Assembly (NCBI RefSeq): GCF_009914755.1
Contig: NC_060933.1
Reading direction: 5' to 3' (one strand)
Length of the DNA stretch: 64,000 nucleotides
From: the human T2T-CHM13v2.0 reference genome, Homo sapiens
Shown here: piece after piece, positions 45,020 through 57,305 of the stretch
How the letters are laid out: each line of letters starts with the position of its first letter
How positions within the stretch are numbered: the stretch's first letter is position 1
Notes under the pieces: model-generated
Told to the model about the DNA's origin: nothing
Databases searched by the model: none
The model's input: only the letters and a program-made list of their open reading frames with translations
Program-made: the position numbers and the translations under genes

Positions 45020-46330
45020 AATGGAATGCAATGGAATGGAATGGAATGGAATCAACTCGAGTGGAAAGGAATGGAATGGAATGGAAAGGAATGGAATGAA
45101 ATCAACTCGAGTGGAATGGAATTGAATGGAATGGAATGGAATGGAATAGAAGGTAATGGAATCAACACGAGTGCAGGGGAATGGAATGGAATGGAATGCA
45201 ATGGAATGGAATCATCCGGAATGGAATGGAATGGAATGGAATCAACTCCATTGCAATGGAATGGAATTGAATGGAATGGAATAGAATGGAATGGAATTAA
45301 CCCGAATAGAATGGAATGCAATAGAATGGAATGGAACGGAACCGAATGGAGTGGAATGGAATGGAATGGAATCAACCTGAGTGCAGGGGAATGGAATGGA
45401 ATGGAATGCAATGGAATGGAATCATCCGGAATGGAATGGAATGGAATGGAATGGAATCAAACCGAGTGCAATGGAATGGAGTGAAATGGAATGGAATGGA
45501 ATGGAAACAACCAGAATGGATTGGAATATAATGGAGTGTTAGGGAATTGAATAGAATCAATCTGAATGTAATGAAATGGAATGGAACGGAATGGAATGGA
45601 ATGGAATGGAATCGAATGGAATGGAATGGAATGGAATCAACCCGAGTGGAATGGCATGGAATGGAATGCAATGGAATGGAATGGAATGGAATGGAATAGT
45701 TCGGAATAGAATGGATTGAAACAAAATGGAATGGAATGGAATGGAATGGAATGGAATGGAATAGAATGGAATGGAATGGAATCAAGTCGATTGCAGTGGA
45801 ATAGAATGGAATGGAATGGAACGGGTTGGAATGGAATGGAATGGAATGGAATGCAATTAAATGGAATGGAAAGGAATGGAATCAACCCGAGTGCAGGGGA
45901 AAGGAATGGAATGGAATGCAATGGAATGGAATGGAATGGAATGGAATGGAATGGAATGGAATCAACCCGAGTGGAATGGCATGGAATGGAATGCAAAGGA
46001 ATGGAATGGAATGGAATCAACTCGAGTGGAAAGGAATGGAATGGAATGGAAAGGAATGGAATGAAATCAACTCGAGTGGAATGGAATATAATGGAATGGA
46101 TTGGAATGGATTGCAATGGAATGAAATGGAATGGAATGGAATGGAATCAATCATTCCGAGTGGAATGGAAGGGAATGTAATGGAGTGGAAAGAAGGGAAT
46201 GGAATCAACCCGAGTGGCATGCAAGGCAATGGAATGGAATGGAAAGGAATGGAATGGAATCAACTCGATTGCAATCGCATGGAATGGAATGGAATGGAAT
46301 GGAAAGGAATGGAATGGAATGAAATGGGAT
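45020..46330 (+). repeat. Divergent HSat3 block with atypical motifs next to the breakpoint
   Basis: Paired CAACTCGAGTGG (CTCGAG at 45056/45106 and 46021/46071), AGAAGGTAATGG, ATAGTTCGG, CAAGTCGATTGCAGTGG, CAATCATTCCGAG and GGCATGCAAGGC are absent or very rare elsewhere in the window. Confidence 0.7.
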
Positions 46331-47194
46331 GGAATGGAATGCAATGGAATGGAATCAACCCGAGTGCAATCGAATGGAATCGAATGGAATGGAATGCAAT
46401 GGAATGGATTCAACTTGAATGGAATGGAAAGAATGGAATCAACACGAGTGGAATGGCATGGATTGGAATGGAATGGAATGGAATCAACCCGAGTACAGGG
46501 GAATGGAATGGAATGGAATGCAATGGAATGGAATCATCCGTAATGGAAAGGAAAGGAATGGAATGGAATGGAATGGAATGGAATGGAATGGAATCAACTC
46601 GATTGCAATCGAATGGAATGGAATGGAATTAACCCGAATAGAATGGAATGGAATGGAATGGAACGGAACGGAACGGAATGGAATGGAATGGAATGGAATG
46701 GAATGGAATGGAATGGAACGGAAAGGAATGGAATGGAATGGAATGGAATGGAATGGAATGGAATGGAATGGAATCAACGCGAGTGCAGGGGAATGGAATG
46801 TAATGGAATGTAATGGAATGGAATCTTCCGGAATGGAATGGAATGGAATGGAATCAACCCGAGTGCAATGGAATGGAGTGGAATGGAATGGAATGGAATG
46901 GAACAACCTGAATGGAATCGAATGTAATGGAGAGTAAGGGAGTTGAATAGAATCAATCCGAATGTAATGGAATGGAATGGAACGGAATGGAATTGAATGG
47001 AATGGAATGGAATGCAATGGAATGGAATCAACCCGAGTGCAATGGAATGGAGAGGAGGGGAATGGAATGGAGTGGAAACTACCCGAATGGAATGGAATGT
47101 AATGGAGTGTAAGGGAATTGAATAGAATCAATCCGAATGTAATGGAATGGAATGGAACGGAATGGAATGGAATGGAATGGAATGGAAAGAAGGG

Positions 47195-47222
47195 AATGGA
47201 ATCAACCCGAGTTGATTCCATT
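47195..47222. other. Satellite strand-inversion breakpoint: palindrome AATGGAATCAAC-CCGA-GTTGATTCCATT with 5-bp microhomology CGAGT (47208-47212)
   Basis: GGAAT switches abruptly to ATTCC. The left arm ends in CAACCCGAGT and the right arm read on - ends in CAAAGCAATGGAATCAACTCG, so both share CGAGT. Arms 47195-47206 and 47211-47222 are perfect reverse complements around a 4-nt spacer. Confidence 0.95.
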
Positions 47223-50200
47223 GCTTTGTATTCCGTTCCATTCCATTCCTTTTCATTGTATTCGGGGTAATTCCATTGCATTCCATTCCATTCCTTTCCA
47301 TTCCATTCCATTCCATTACAATGGAGTTGATTCCATTCCATTCCATTCCATTCCATTCCATTCCATTCTATTCCAGTCCTTTCCATTCCATTCCACTCGG
47401 GTTGATTCCATTCTATTAGTTTCCATTCCATTCCATTCCCTTCCATTGCACTCTGGTTGATTCCATTCCTTTCCATTTCACTCGAATACATTCCCTCCTA
47501 TTCCACTCGGAACGATTCCATTCCTTTCCATTCCATTCCATTCCATTCCATTCCATTCCATTCCATTCCATTCCATTTCGTTGCATTCCATTCCATTCCG
47601 TACCATTCCATTCCATTCCATTCCATTCCATTCGATTCCATTCCACTCGTGTTGATTACATTCCTTTCCATTCCATTCAGTTTGAAGGCATTCCATTCCA
47701 TTCAATTCCATTCCATTCCATTCCATTCCATTACATTACATTGTAGTCGGGTTGATTCCATTCCATTGCATTCTATTCCATTCCATTCCATTCCATTCCA
47801 TTCCATTCCATTCCATTCCGGATGATTCCATTCCATTGCATTCCATTCCATTCCATTCCCCTGCACTCGGGTTGATTACATTCCATTCCCTTCCCTTCCA
47901 TTCCTTTCCATTCCATTCCATTCCATTCTATTCGGGTGAATTCCATTCCATTCCATTCCATTCCATTCCATTCCATTCCATTGTAATCGAGTTGATTCCA
48001 TTACATTCCATTCCATTCCGTTCCGGATGATTCCATTCCATTGCATTCCATTCCATTCCATTCCCCTGCAGTCGGTTTGATTCCTTTCCATTCCATTCCA
48101 TTCCATTCCATTCTATTCCTTTCCGTTCCATTCCATTCCATTCCATTCTATTCGGGTTAATTCCATTCCATTCCTTTCCATTCCATTCCAATCGAGTTAA
48201 TTCCATTCCATTGCATTCCATTCCTCTCCATTCCAGTCCTTTCCATTCCATTCCACTCGGGTTGATTCCATTCTATTCCTTTCCATTCCATTCCATTGCA
48301 ATCGAGTTGATTCCATTGCATTGCATTCCATTCCATTCCATTCCGGATGATTCCATTCCATTGCATTCCATTCCATTCCATTCCCCTGCACTCGGGTTGA
48401 ATCCATTCCATTCCACTCCATTGCGTTTCATTGCATTCCATTCCATTTTATTCGGGTTAATTCCATTCCATTCTATTCCATTCCATTCCATTCCATTCCA
48501 TTACAATCGAGTTGATTCCATTCCATTCCATTCCATTCCATTCCATTCCATTCCATTCCATTCCATTCCATTCCATTCCATTCCACTCGTGTTGATTCCA
48601 TTCCTTTCTATTCCATTCGGTTTGAAGCCATTCCATCCCATTCAATTCCATTCCATTCCTTTCCATTCCATTTCGGATGATGCCATTCCATTGCTTTCCA
48701 TTCCATTCCATTCCCCTGTACTCAGGTTTATTCCATTCCATTCCATTGCAATCCATGCCATTCCACTCGTGTTGATTCCATTCTTTCCATTCCATTCAAG
48801 TTGAATCCATTCCAATGCATTCCATTCCATTCGATTCCATTGGATTTCACTCGGTTTGATTCCATGGCATTGCATTCCATTCTATTCCATTCCATTCCAT
48901 TCCATTCCATTCCTTTCTATTCCATTCCATTCCATTCGGATTCATTCTAATCAATTCCCTTACACTCCATTACATTACATTCCATTCGGGTAGTTTCCAT
49001 TCCATTCCATTCCATTCCATTCCTCTCCATTCCATTGCACACGGGTTGATTCCATTCCATTCCACTCCATTCCATTCCATTCCATTCCATTCCATTCCAT
49101 TCCGGATGATTCCATTCCATTGAATTCCATTCCATTCCATTCCCCTGCACTTGGGTTGATTCTATTCCATTCCATTCCTTTCTGTTCCATTCCATTCCAT
49201 TCCATTCCATTCTATTCGTGTTAATTCCATTCCATTCTATTCCATTCCATTCCATTGAAATCGAGTTGATTCCATTCCATTCCATTCCATTCCAGATGAT
49301 TCCATTCCATTGCATTCCATTCCATTCCATTCCCCTGCACTCGGGTTGATTCCATTCCATTCCATTCCATTCCATTCCGTTCCATTCTGTTCCATTCCAT
49401 TCTATTCGGGTTAATTCCATTCCATTCCATTCCAGTCCTTTCCATTCCATTCCACTCGGGTTGATTCCATTCTATTCCTTTCCATTCTGTTCCATTCCAT
49501 TGCAATCGAGTTGATTCCATTCGAGTTGAATCCATTCCATTCCATTCCATTCCATTCCATTCCATTGAACACGGGTTCATTCCATTCCATTCCATTCCAT
49601 TCCATTCCATTTCATTGCATTCCATTCTATTCCATACCATTCCATTCCATCCCATTCCATTCCGTTCCATTCCATGCCATTACACTCGGGTTGATTCCAT
49701 TCCTTTCCATTCCATTGTTGTTGAATCCATTCCATTCCATTCCATTCCATTCGAATCCATTCCATTGCACTCGGGTTGATTCCATTCGATTCCATTCCAT
49801 TTCATTTCATTCCATTCCATTCCATTACATTCGGATTGATTCTATTCAATTCCCTTACACTCCATTACATTCCATTCCATTCGGGATGTTTCCATTCCAT
49901 TCCATTCCATTCCACTCCATTCCATTGCATCAGGTTGATTGCATTCCATTCCATTCCATTCCATTCCATTCCATTCCGGATGATTCCATTCCATTGCATT
50001 CCATTCCATTCCATTCCCCTGCACTCGGGTTGATTCCATTCCATTCCATTCCATTCCATTCCATTCCATTCCATTCCGTTCCGTTCCGTTCCGTTCCATT
50101 CCACTCCATTCCAATCCATTCCATTCTATTCGGGTTAATTCCATTCCATTCCATTCGTGTTGATCCATTCCATTCCATTCCATTCCACTCCATTCCATTG

Positions 50201-50546
50201 CACTCGGGTTGATTCCATTCCATTCCATTCCATTCCGGATGATTCCATTCCATTGCATTTCGTTCCATTACATTCCCCTGCACTCGCGTTGATTCCATTC
50301 CATTCCATTCAATTCCATTCCATTACAATTCGTTCCATTCCATTCTATTCCGTACCATTCCATTCCATTCCATACCATTCCATTCCATTCCCTTCCATTC
50401 CATTCCGTTCCATTCCGTTCCATTGCATTCCATTCCATTCTATTCGGGTTAATTCCATTCCATTCCATTCCATTCCATTCTATTCCATGCCATTGCAATC
50501 GAGTTGAATCCATTGCATTTCATTCCATTCCATTCCATTCCATTCC

Positions 50547-50561
50547 ATTCCGGAAGATTCC
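50547..50561 (-). promoter_or_regulatory. Perfect heat-shock element (ATTCCGGAAGATTCC), first of ~12 copies in the inverted domain
   Basis: Reverse complement of the element above. Other starts: 51360, 53223, 55884, 56784, 57099, 57414, 58252, 60140, 60789 (GGAACATTCC variant), 63430, 63860. Confidence 0.6.
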
Positions 50562-53500
50562 ATTCCATTGCATTCCATTCCATTCCATTCCCCTGCACTC
50601 GCGTTGATTCCATTCCATTCCATTCCATTCCATTCCGTTCCGTTCAGTTCCGTTCCATTCCATTCGATTCCATTCCGTTCCGTTCCATTCCATTCCATTC
50701 CATTCCATTCTATTTGGGTTAATTCCATTCCATTCCATTCGATTGCAATCGAGTTGATTCCATTCCGTTCCATTCCATTCCTTTCCATTCCATTACGGAT
50801 GATTCCATTCCATTGCATTCCATTCCATTCCATTCCCCTGTACTCGGGTTGATTCCATTCCATTCCATTCCAATCCATGCCATTCCACTCGTGTTGATTC
50901 CATTCTTTCCATTCCATTCAAGTTGAATCCATTCCATTGCATTCCATTCCATTCGATTCCATTCGATTGCACTCGGGTTGATTCCATTCCATTGCATTCC
51001 ATTCCATTCCATTTCATTCCATTCCATTCCATTCCGTTCCATTCCATTCCATTACATTCGGATTGATTCTATTCAATTCCCTTACACTCCATTACATTCC
51101 ATTCCATTCGGGTAGTTTCCCTTCCATTCCATTCCATTCTTCTCCATTCCATTGCACTCGGGTTGATTCCATTCCATTGCATTCCATTCCATTCCATTCA
51201 ATTCCATTCCGTTCCATTCCATTCCATTACATTCGGATTGATTCTATTCAACTCCCGTACTCTCCATTACATTCGATTCCATTCGGGTTGTTCCATTCCA
51301 TTCCATTCCATTCCACTCCATTCCATTGCACTCGGGTTGATTCCATTCCATTCCATTCCATTCCGGAAGATTCCATTCCATTGCATTCCATTACATTCCA
51401 TTCCCCTGCACTCGCGTTGATTCCATTCCATTCCATTCCATTCCATTCCATTCCATTCCGTTCCGTTCCATTCCATTCCATTCCATTCCATTCCATTCCG
51501 TTCCGTTCCATTCCGTTCCATTCCATTCCATTCCATTCTATTCGGGTTAATTCCATTCCATTCCATTCCATTGAAATCGAGTTGATTCCTTTCCATTCTA
51601 TTCCATTCCATTCCATTCCATTCCATTCCTTTCCATTCCATTACGGATGATTCCATTCCATTGCATTCCATTCCATTCCATTCCCCTGTACTCGGGTTGA
51701 TTCCATTCCATTCCATTGCAATCCATGCTATTCCACTCGTGTTGATTCCATTCTTTCCATTCCATTCAAGTTGAATCCATTCCATTGCATTCCATTCCAT
51801 TCCATTCCCCTTCAGTCGGGGTGATTCCATTCCATTCCATTCCATTCCATTCCATTCCATTCCTTTCCTTTCCATTTAATTCCATTCCATTCTATTCGGG
51901 TTAATTCCATGCCATTGCATTCCATTCCATTCCATTCCATTCCATTCCATTCCAATCGAGTTGATTCCATTCCATTCCATTCCATTCCATTCCACTCCAT
52001 TCCAGTCCTTTCCATTCCATTCCACTCGGGTTGATTCCAATGTATTCCTTTCCATTCCATTCCATTCCATTGCAATCGAGTTGATTCCATTGCTTTGCAT
52101 TCCATTCCATTCCATTCCGGATGATGCCATTCCATTGCATTCCATTCCATTCCATTCCCCTGCACTCGGGTTGATTCCATTCCATTCCACTCCATTCCGT
52201 TCCATTCCATTCCATTCCGTTGTATTCGGGTTAATTCCATTCCATTCCACTCAATTCCATTCCATTCCAATCCATTACAATCGAGTTAATTCCATTCCAT
52301 TCCATTCCATTCCATTCCATTCCATTCCAGTCATTTCCATTCCATTCCACTCGGGTTGATTCCATTCTATTAGTTTCCATTCCATTCCATTCCCTTCCAT
52401 TCCACTCTGGTTGATTCCATTCCTTTCCATTCCACTCGAATACGTTCCCTCCTATTCCACTCTGAACGAATCCATTCTATTCCATTCCATTCCATTCCAT
52501 TTCGTTCCATTCCTTTCTATTCCGTACCATTCCATTCCATTCCATTCCTTTCCATTCCATTCCATTCCACTCGTGTTGATTCCATTCCTTTCCATTCCAT
52601 TCGGTTTGAAGGCATTCCAATCCATTCCATTCCATTCCATTCCATTCCATTCCATTCCATTCCATTCCATTGTACTCGGGTTGATTCCATTCCATTGCAT
52701 TCCATTCCATTCCATTCCATTCCATTCCGTTGCATTCCATTCCATTACATTCGGATTGATTCTATTCAACTCCCTTACTCTCCATTCCATTCCATTCCAT
52801 TCGGGTTGTTCCATTCCATTCCATTCCATTCCACTCCATTCCATTGCACTCGGGTTGATTCCATTCCATTCCATTCCATTCCATTCCGGATGATTCCATT
52901 CCATTGCATTCCGTTCCATTACATTCCCCTGCACTCGCGTTGATTCCATTCCATTCCATTCCATTCCATTCAATTCCATTCCATTACAATTCGTTCCATT
53001 CCATTCTATTCCGTGCTATTCCATTCCATTCCATACCATTCCATTCCATTCCATTCCATTCCATTCCATTCCATTCCATTCCATTCCGTTCCATTCCGTT
53101 CCATTCCATTCCATTCCATTCTATTCGGGTTAATTCCATTCCATTCCATTCCATTCCATTCTATTCCATTCCATTGCAATCGAGTTGAATCCATTGCATT
53201 TCATTCCATTCCATTCCATTCCATTCCGGAAGATTCCATTCCATTGCATTCCATTCCATTCCATTCCCCTACACTCGCGTTGATTCCATTCCATTCCATT
53301 CCATTCCATTCTGTTCCGTTCCGTTCCGTTCCATTCCATTCCATTCCATTCCATTCAATTCCGTTCCGTTCCATTCCATTCCATTCCATTCTATTTGGGT
53401 TAATTCCATTCCATTCCATTCGATTGCAATCGAGTTGATTCCATTCCATTCCATTCCATTCCATTCCTTTCCATTCCATTACGGATGATTCCATTCCATT

Positions 53501-56500
53501 GCATTCCATTCCATTCCATTCCCCTGTACTCGGGTTGATTCCATTCCATTCCATTCCAATCCATGCCATTCCACTCGTGTTGATTCCATTCTTTCCATTC
53601 CATTCAAGTTGAATCCATTCCATTGCATTGCATTCCATTCGATTCCATTCAATTGCACTCTTGTTGATTCCATTCCATTCCATTCCATTCCATTCCATTC
53701 CATTCCATTCCGTTCCATTCCATTCCATTACATTCAGATTGATTCTATTCAATTCCCTTACACTCCATTACATTCCATTCCATTCGGGTAGTTTCCATTC
53801 CATTCCATTCCATTCCTCTCCATTCCATTGCACTCGGGTTGATTCCATTCCATTGCATTCCATTCCATTCCATTCAATTCCATTCCGTTCCATTCCATTC
53901 CATTACATTCGGAATGATTCTATTCAACTCCCTTACTCTCCATTACATTCCATTCCATTCGGGTTGTTCCATTCCATTCCATTCCATTCCACTCCATTCC
54001 ATTGCACTCGGGTTGATTCCATTCCATTCCATTCCATTCCATTTCGGAAGATTCCATTCCATTGCATTCCATTACATTCCATTCCCCTGCACTCGCGTTG
54101 ATTCCATTCCATTCCATTCCATTCCATTCCGTTCCTTTCCGTTCCATTCCATTCCATTCCATTCCATTCCATTCCGTTCCGTTCTTTTCCGTTCCATTCC
54201 ATTCTATTCCATTCTATTCGGGTTAATTCCATTCTATTCCATTTGATTGCAATCGAGTTGATTCCCTTCCATTCTATTCCATTCCATTCCATTCCATTCC
54301 ATTCCTTTCCATTCCATTACGGATGATTCCATTCCATTGCATTCCATTCCATTCCATTCCCCTGTACTCGGGTTCATTCCATTCCATTCCATTCCAATCC
54401 ATGCCATTCCACTCGTGTTGATTCCATTCTTTCCATTCCATTCAAGTTGAATCCATTCCATTGCATTCCATTCCATTCCATTCCCCTGCAGTAGGGTTGA
54501 TTCCATTCCATTCCATTCCATTCCATTCCATTCCATTCCATTCCATTGCATTTCATTCCTTTCCGTTCCATTTAATTCCATTCCATTCTATTCGGGTTAA
54601 TTCCATTCCATTCCATTCCATTCCATTCCATTCCATGCCATTCCAATCGAGTTGATTCCATTCCATTCCATTCCATTCCATTCCAGTCCTTTCCATTCCA
54701 TTCCACTCGGGTTGATTCCAATGAATTCCTTTCCATTCCATTCCATTCCATTGCAATCGAGTTGATTCCATTGCTTTGCATTCCATTCCATTCCATTCCA
54801 TTCCGGATGATTCCATTCCATTGCATTTCATTCCATTCCATTCCATTCCCCTGCACTCGGGTTGATTCCATTCCATTCCACTCCATTCCGTTCCAATCCA
54901 TTCCCTTCCATTGTATTTGGGTTAATTCCATTCCATTCCATTCCATTCCATTCCATTCCATTCCATTCCATTGCATTACAATCGAGTTGATTGCATTCCA
55001 TTCCATTGCATTCCATTCCATTCCATTCCATTCCAGTCCTTTCCATTCCATTCCACTCGGGTTGATTCCATTCTATTAGTTTCCATTCCATTCCATTCCC
55101 TTCCATTCCACTCTGGTTGATTCCATTCCTTTCCAATCCACTCGAATACATTCCCTCCTATTCCACTCGGAACGATTCCATTCCATTCCATTCCATTCCA
55201 TTCCATTCTATTCCATTCCATTTCTTTCCATTCCATTCTATTCCATACCATTCCATTCCATTCGATTGCATTCCATTACATTCCTTCCCATTCCATTCTT
55301 GTTGATTCCATTCCTTTCCATTCCATTCGGTTTGAAGCCATTCCATTCCATTCCATTCCATTCCATTCCATTCCATTCCATTCCATTCCATTGTACTCGG
55401 GTTGATTCCATTCAATTGCATTCCATTCCATTCCATTCCATTCCGTTCCATTCCATTCCATTACATTCGGATTGATTCTATTCAACTCCCTTACTCTCCA
55501 TTACATTCCATTCCATTCTGGTTGTTCCATTCCATTCCATTCCATTCCACTACATTCCATTGCACTCGGGTTGATTCCATTCCATTCCATTCCATTCCAT
55601 TCCATTCCATTCCGCATGATTCCATTCCATTACCTTCTGTTCCATTACATTTCCCTGCACTCGCTTTGATTCCATTCCATTCCATTCCATTCCCCACCAT
55701 TCCATTCCATTCCATTCCATTCCATTCCATTCCATTCCATTCCATTCCGTTCCGTTCCGTTCCATTCCGTTCCATTCCATTCCATTCTATTCGGGTTAAT
55801 TCCATTCCATTCCATTCCATTCCATTCTATTCCATTCCATAGCAATCGAGTTGAATCCATTGCATTCCATTCCATTGAATTCCATTCCGGAAGATTCCAT
55901 TCCATTGCATTCCATTACATTCCATTCCCCTGCACTCGTTTTGATTCCATTCCATTCCATTCCATTCGGATTCATTCTATTCAATTCCCTTACACTCCAT
56001 TACATTCCATTCGATTCGTGTAGTTTCCATTCCATTCCATTCCATTCCTCTCCATTCCATTGCACTCGGGTTGATTCCATTCCATTCCATTCCATTCCGG
56101 GTGATTCCATTCCATTGAATTCCATTCCATTCCATTCCCCTGCACTTGGGTTGATTCCATTCCATTCCATTCCATTCCTTTCTGTTCCATTCAATTCCAT
56201 TCCATTCCATTCTATTCGTGTTAATTCCATTCCATTGTATTCCATTCCATTCCATTGAAATCGAGTTGATTCCATTCCATTTCATTCCATTCCATTCCAT
56301 TCCATTCCGTTCCATTCAGGATGATTCCTTTCCATTGTATTCCATTCCTTTCCATTCCCCTGCACTCGGGTTGATTCCATTCCATTCCATTACATTACAT
56401 TCCATTCCATTCCGATCCATTTCATTCTATTCGGGTTAATTCCATTCCATTCCATTCCACTCCATTCCAGTCCTTTCCATTCCATTCCACTCGGGATGAT

Positions 56501-57180
56501 TCCATTCTATTCCTTTCAATTCCATTCCATTCCATTGCAATCCAGTTGATTCCATTCGAGTTGAATCCATTCCATTCCATTCCATTGCACACGGGTTCAT
56601 TCCATTCCATTCCATTCCATTCCATTCCATTCCATTCCATTTCATTCCATTCCATTCTATTCCGTACCATTCCATTCCATCCCATTCCATTCCGTTCCAT
56701 TCCATACAATTACACTCGGGTTGATTCCATTCCTTTCCATTCAATTCTTGTTGAATCCATTCCATTCCATTCCATTCCATTCCTTTCCGGAAGATTCCAT
56801 TCCATTGCATTCCATTACATTCCATTCCCCTGCACTGGCGTTGATTCCATTCCATTCCATTCAATTCCATTCCATTACAATTCGTTCCATTCCATTCTAT
56901 TCCGTACCATTCCATTCCATTCCATACCATTCCATTCCATTCCATTCCATTCCATTCCGTTCCATTCCGTTCCATTCCATTCCATTCCATTCTATTCGGG
57001 TTAATCCCATTCCATTCCATTCCATAGCATTCTATTCCATTCCATTGCAATCGAGTTGAATCCATTGCATTTCATTCCATTCCATTCCATTGCATTCCAT
57101 TCCGGAAGATTCCATTCCATTGCATTCCATTACATTCCAATCCCCTGCACTCGCGTTGATTCCATTCCATTCCATTCCAT

Positions 57181-57305
57181 TCCGTTCCGTTCCGTTCCGT
57201 TCCGTTCCGTTCCATTCCATTCCATTCCGTTCCGTTCCGTTCCGTTCCGTTCCGTTCCATTCCATTCCATTCCATTCCATTCCGTTCCGTTCCGTTCCGT
57301 TCCGT
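57181..57305 (-). repeat. (GGAAC)n / (CCGTT)n CpG-rich variant cluster
   Basis: Three runs of 6, 6 and 5 TCCGT units give 17 CpGs in 125 bp. Confidence 0.85.

Larger units (their letters stand above)
1..47212 (+). repeat. Human Satellite III (HSat3) array, G-rich (GGAAT)n strand on +
   Basis: Continuous GGAAT pentamers with the CAACCCGA(G/A)T interruptions that define SatIII, plus recurring modules CAACTCGATTGC, TTAACCCGAATAG and CATCCGG. No non-satellite sequence seen. The array is truncated by the window start. Confidence 0.98.

Noticed and set aside
1-47212. G-quadruplex or telomere-like repeat
   Set aside because: There are no TTAGGG arrays, and tracts of three or more G are isolated rather than clustered in fours. 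G-A mismatch fold-backs of (GGAAT)n are a generic property of the satellite.
47100-47320. Transposon insertion or read fold-back artefact at the strand switch
   Set aside because: No Alu, L1 or other foreign bases lie at the junction. The flanks are not mirror copies beyond 12 bp (module C on the left, modules D/E on the right), which argues against a simple fold-back chimera. Read support is still needed.
46484-47491. 335-aa (-) and 102-aa (+) chimeric ORFs switching from MEWNG to IPFHS
   Set aside because: They simply read through the inversion breakpoint and serve only as markers of it.
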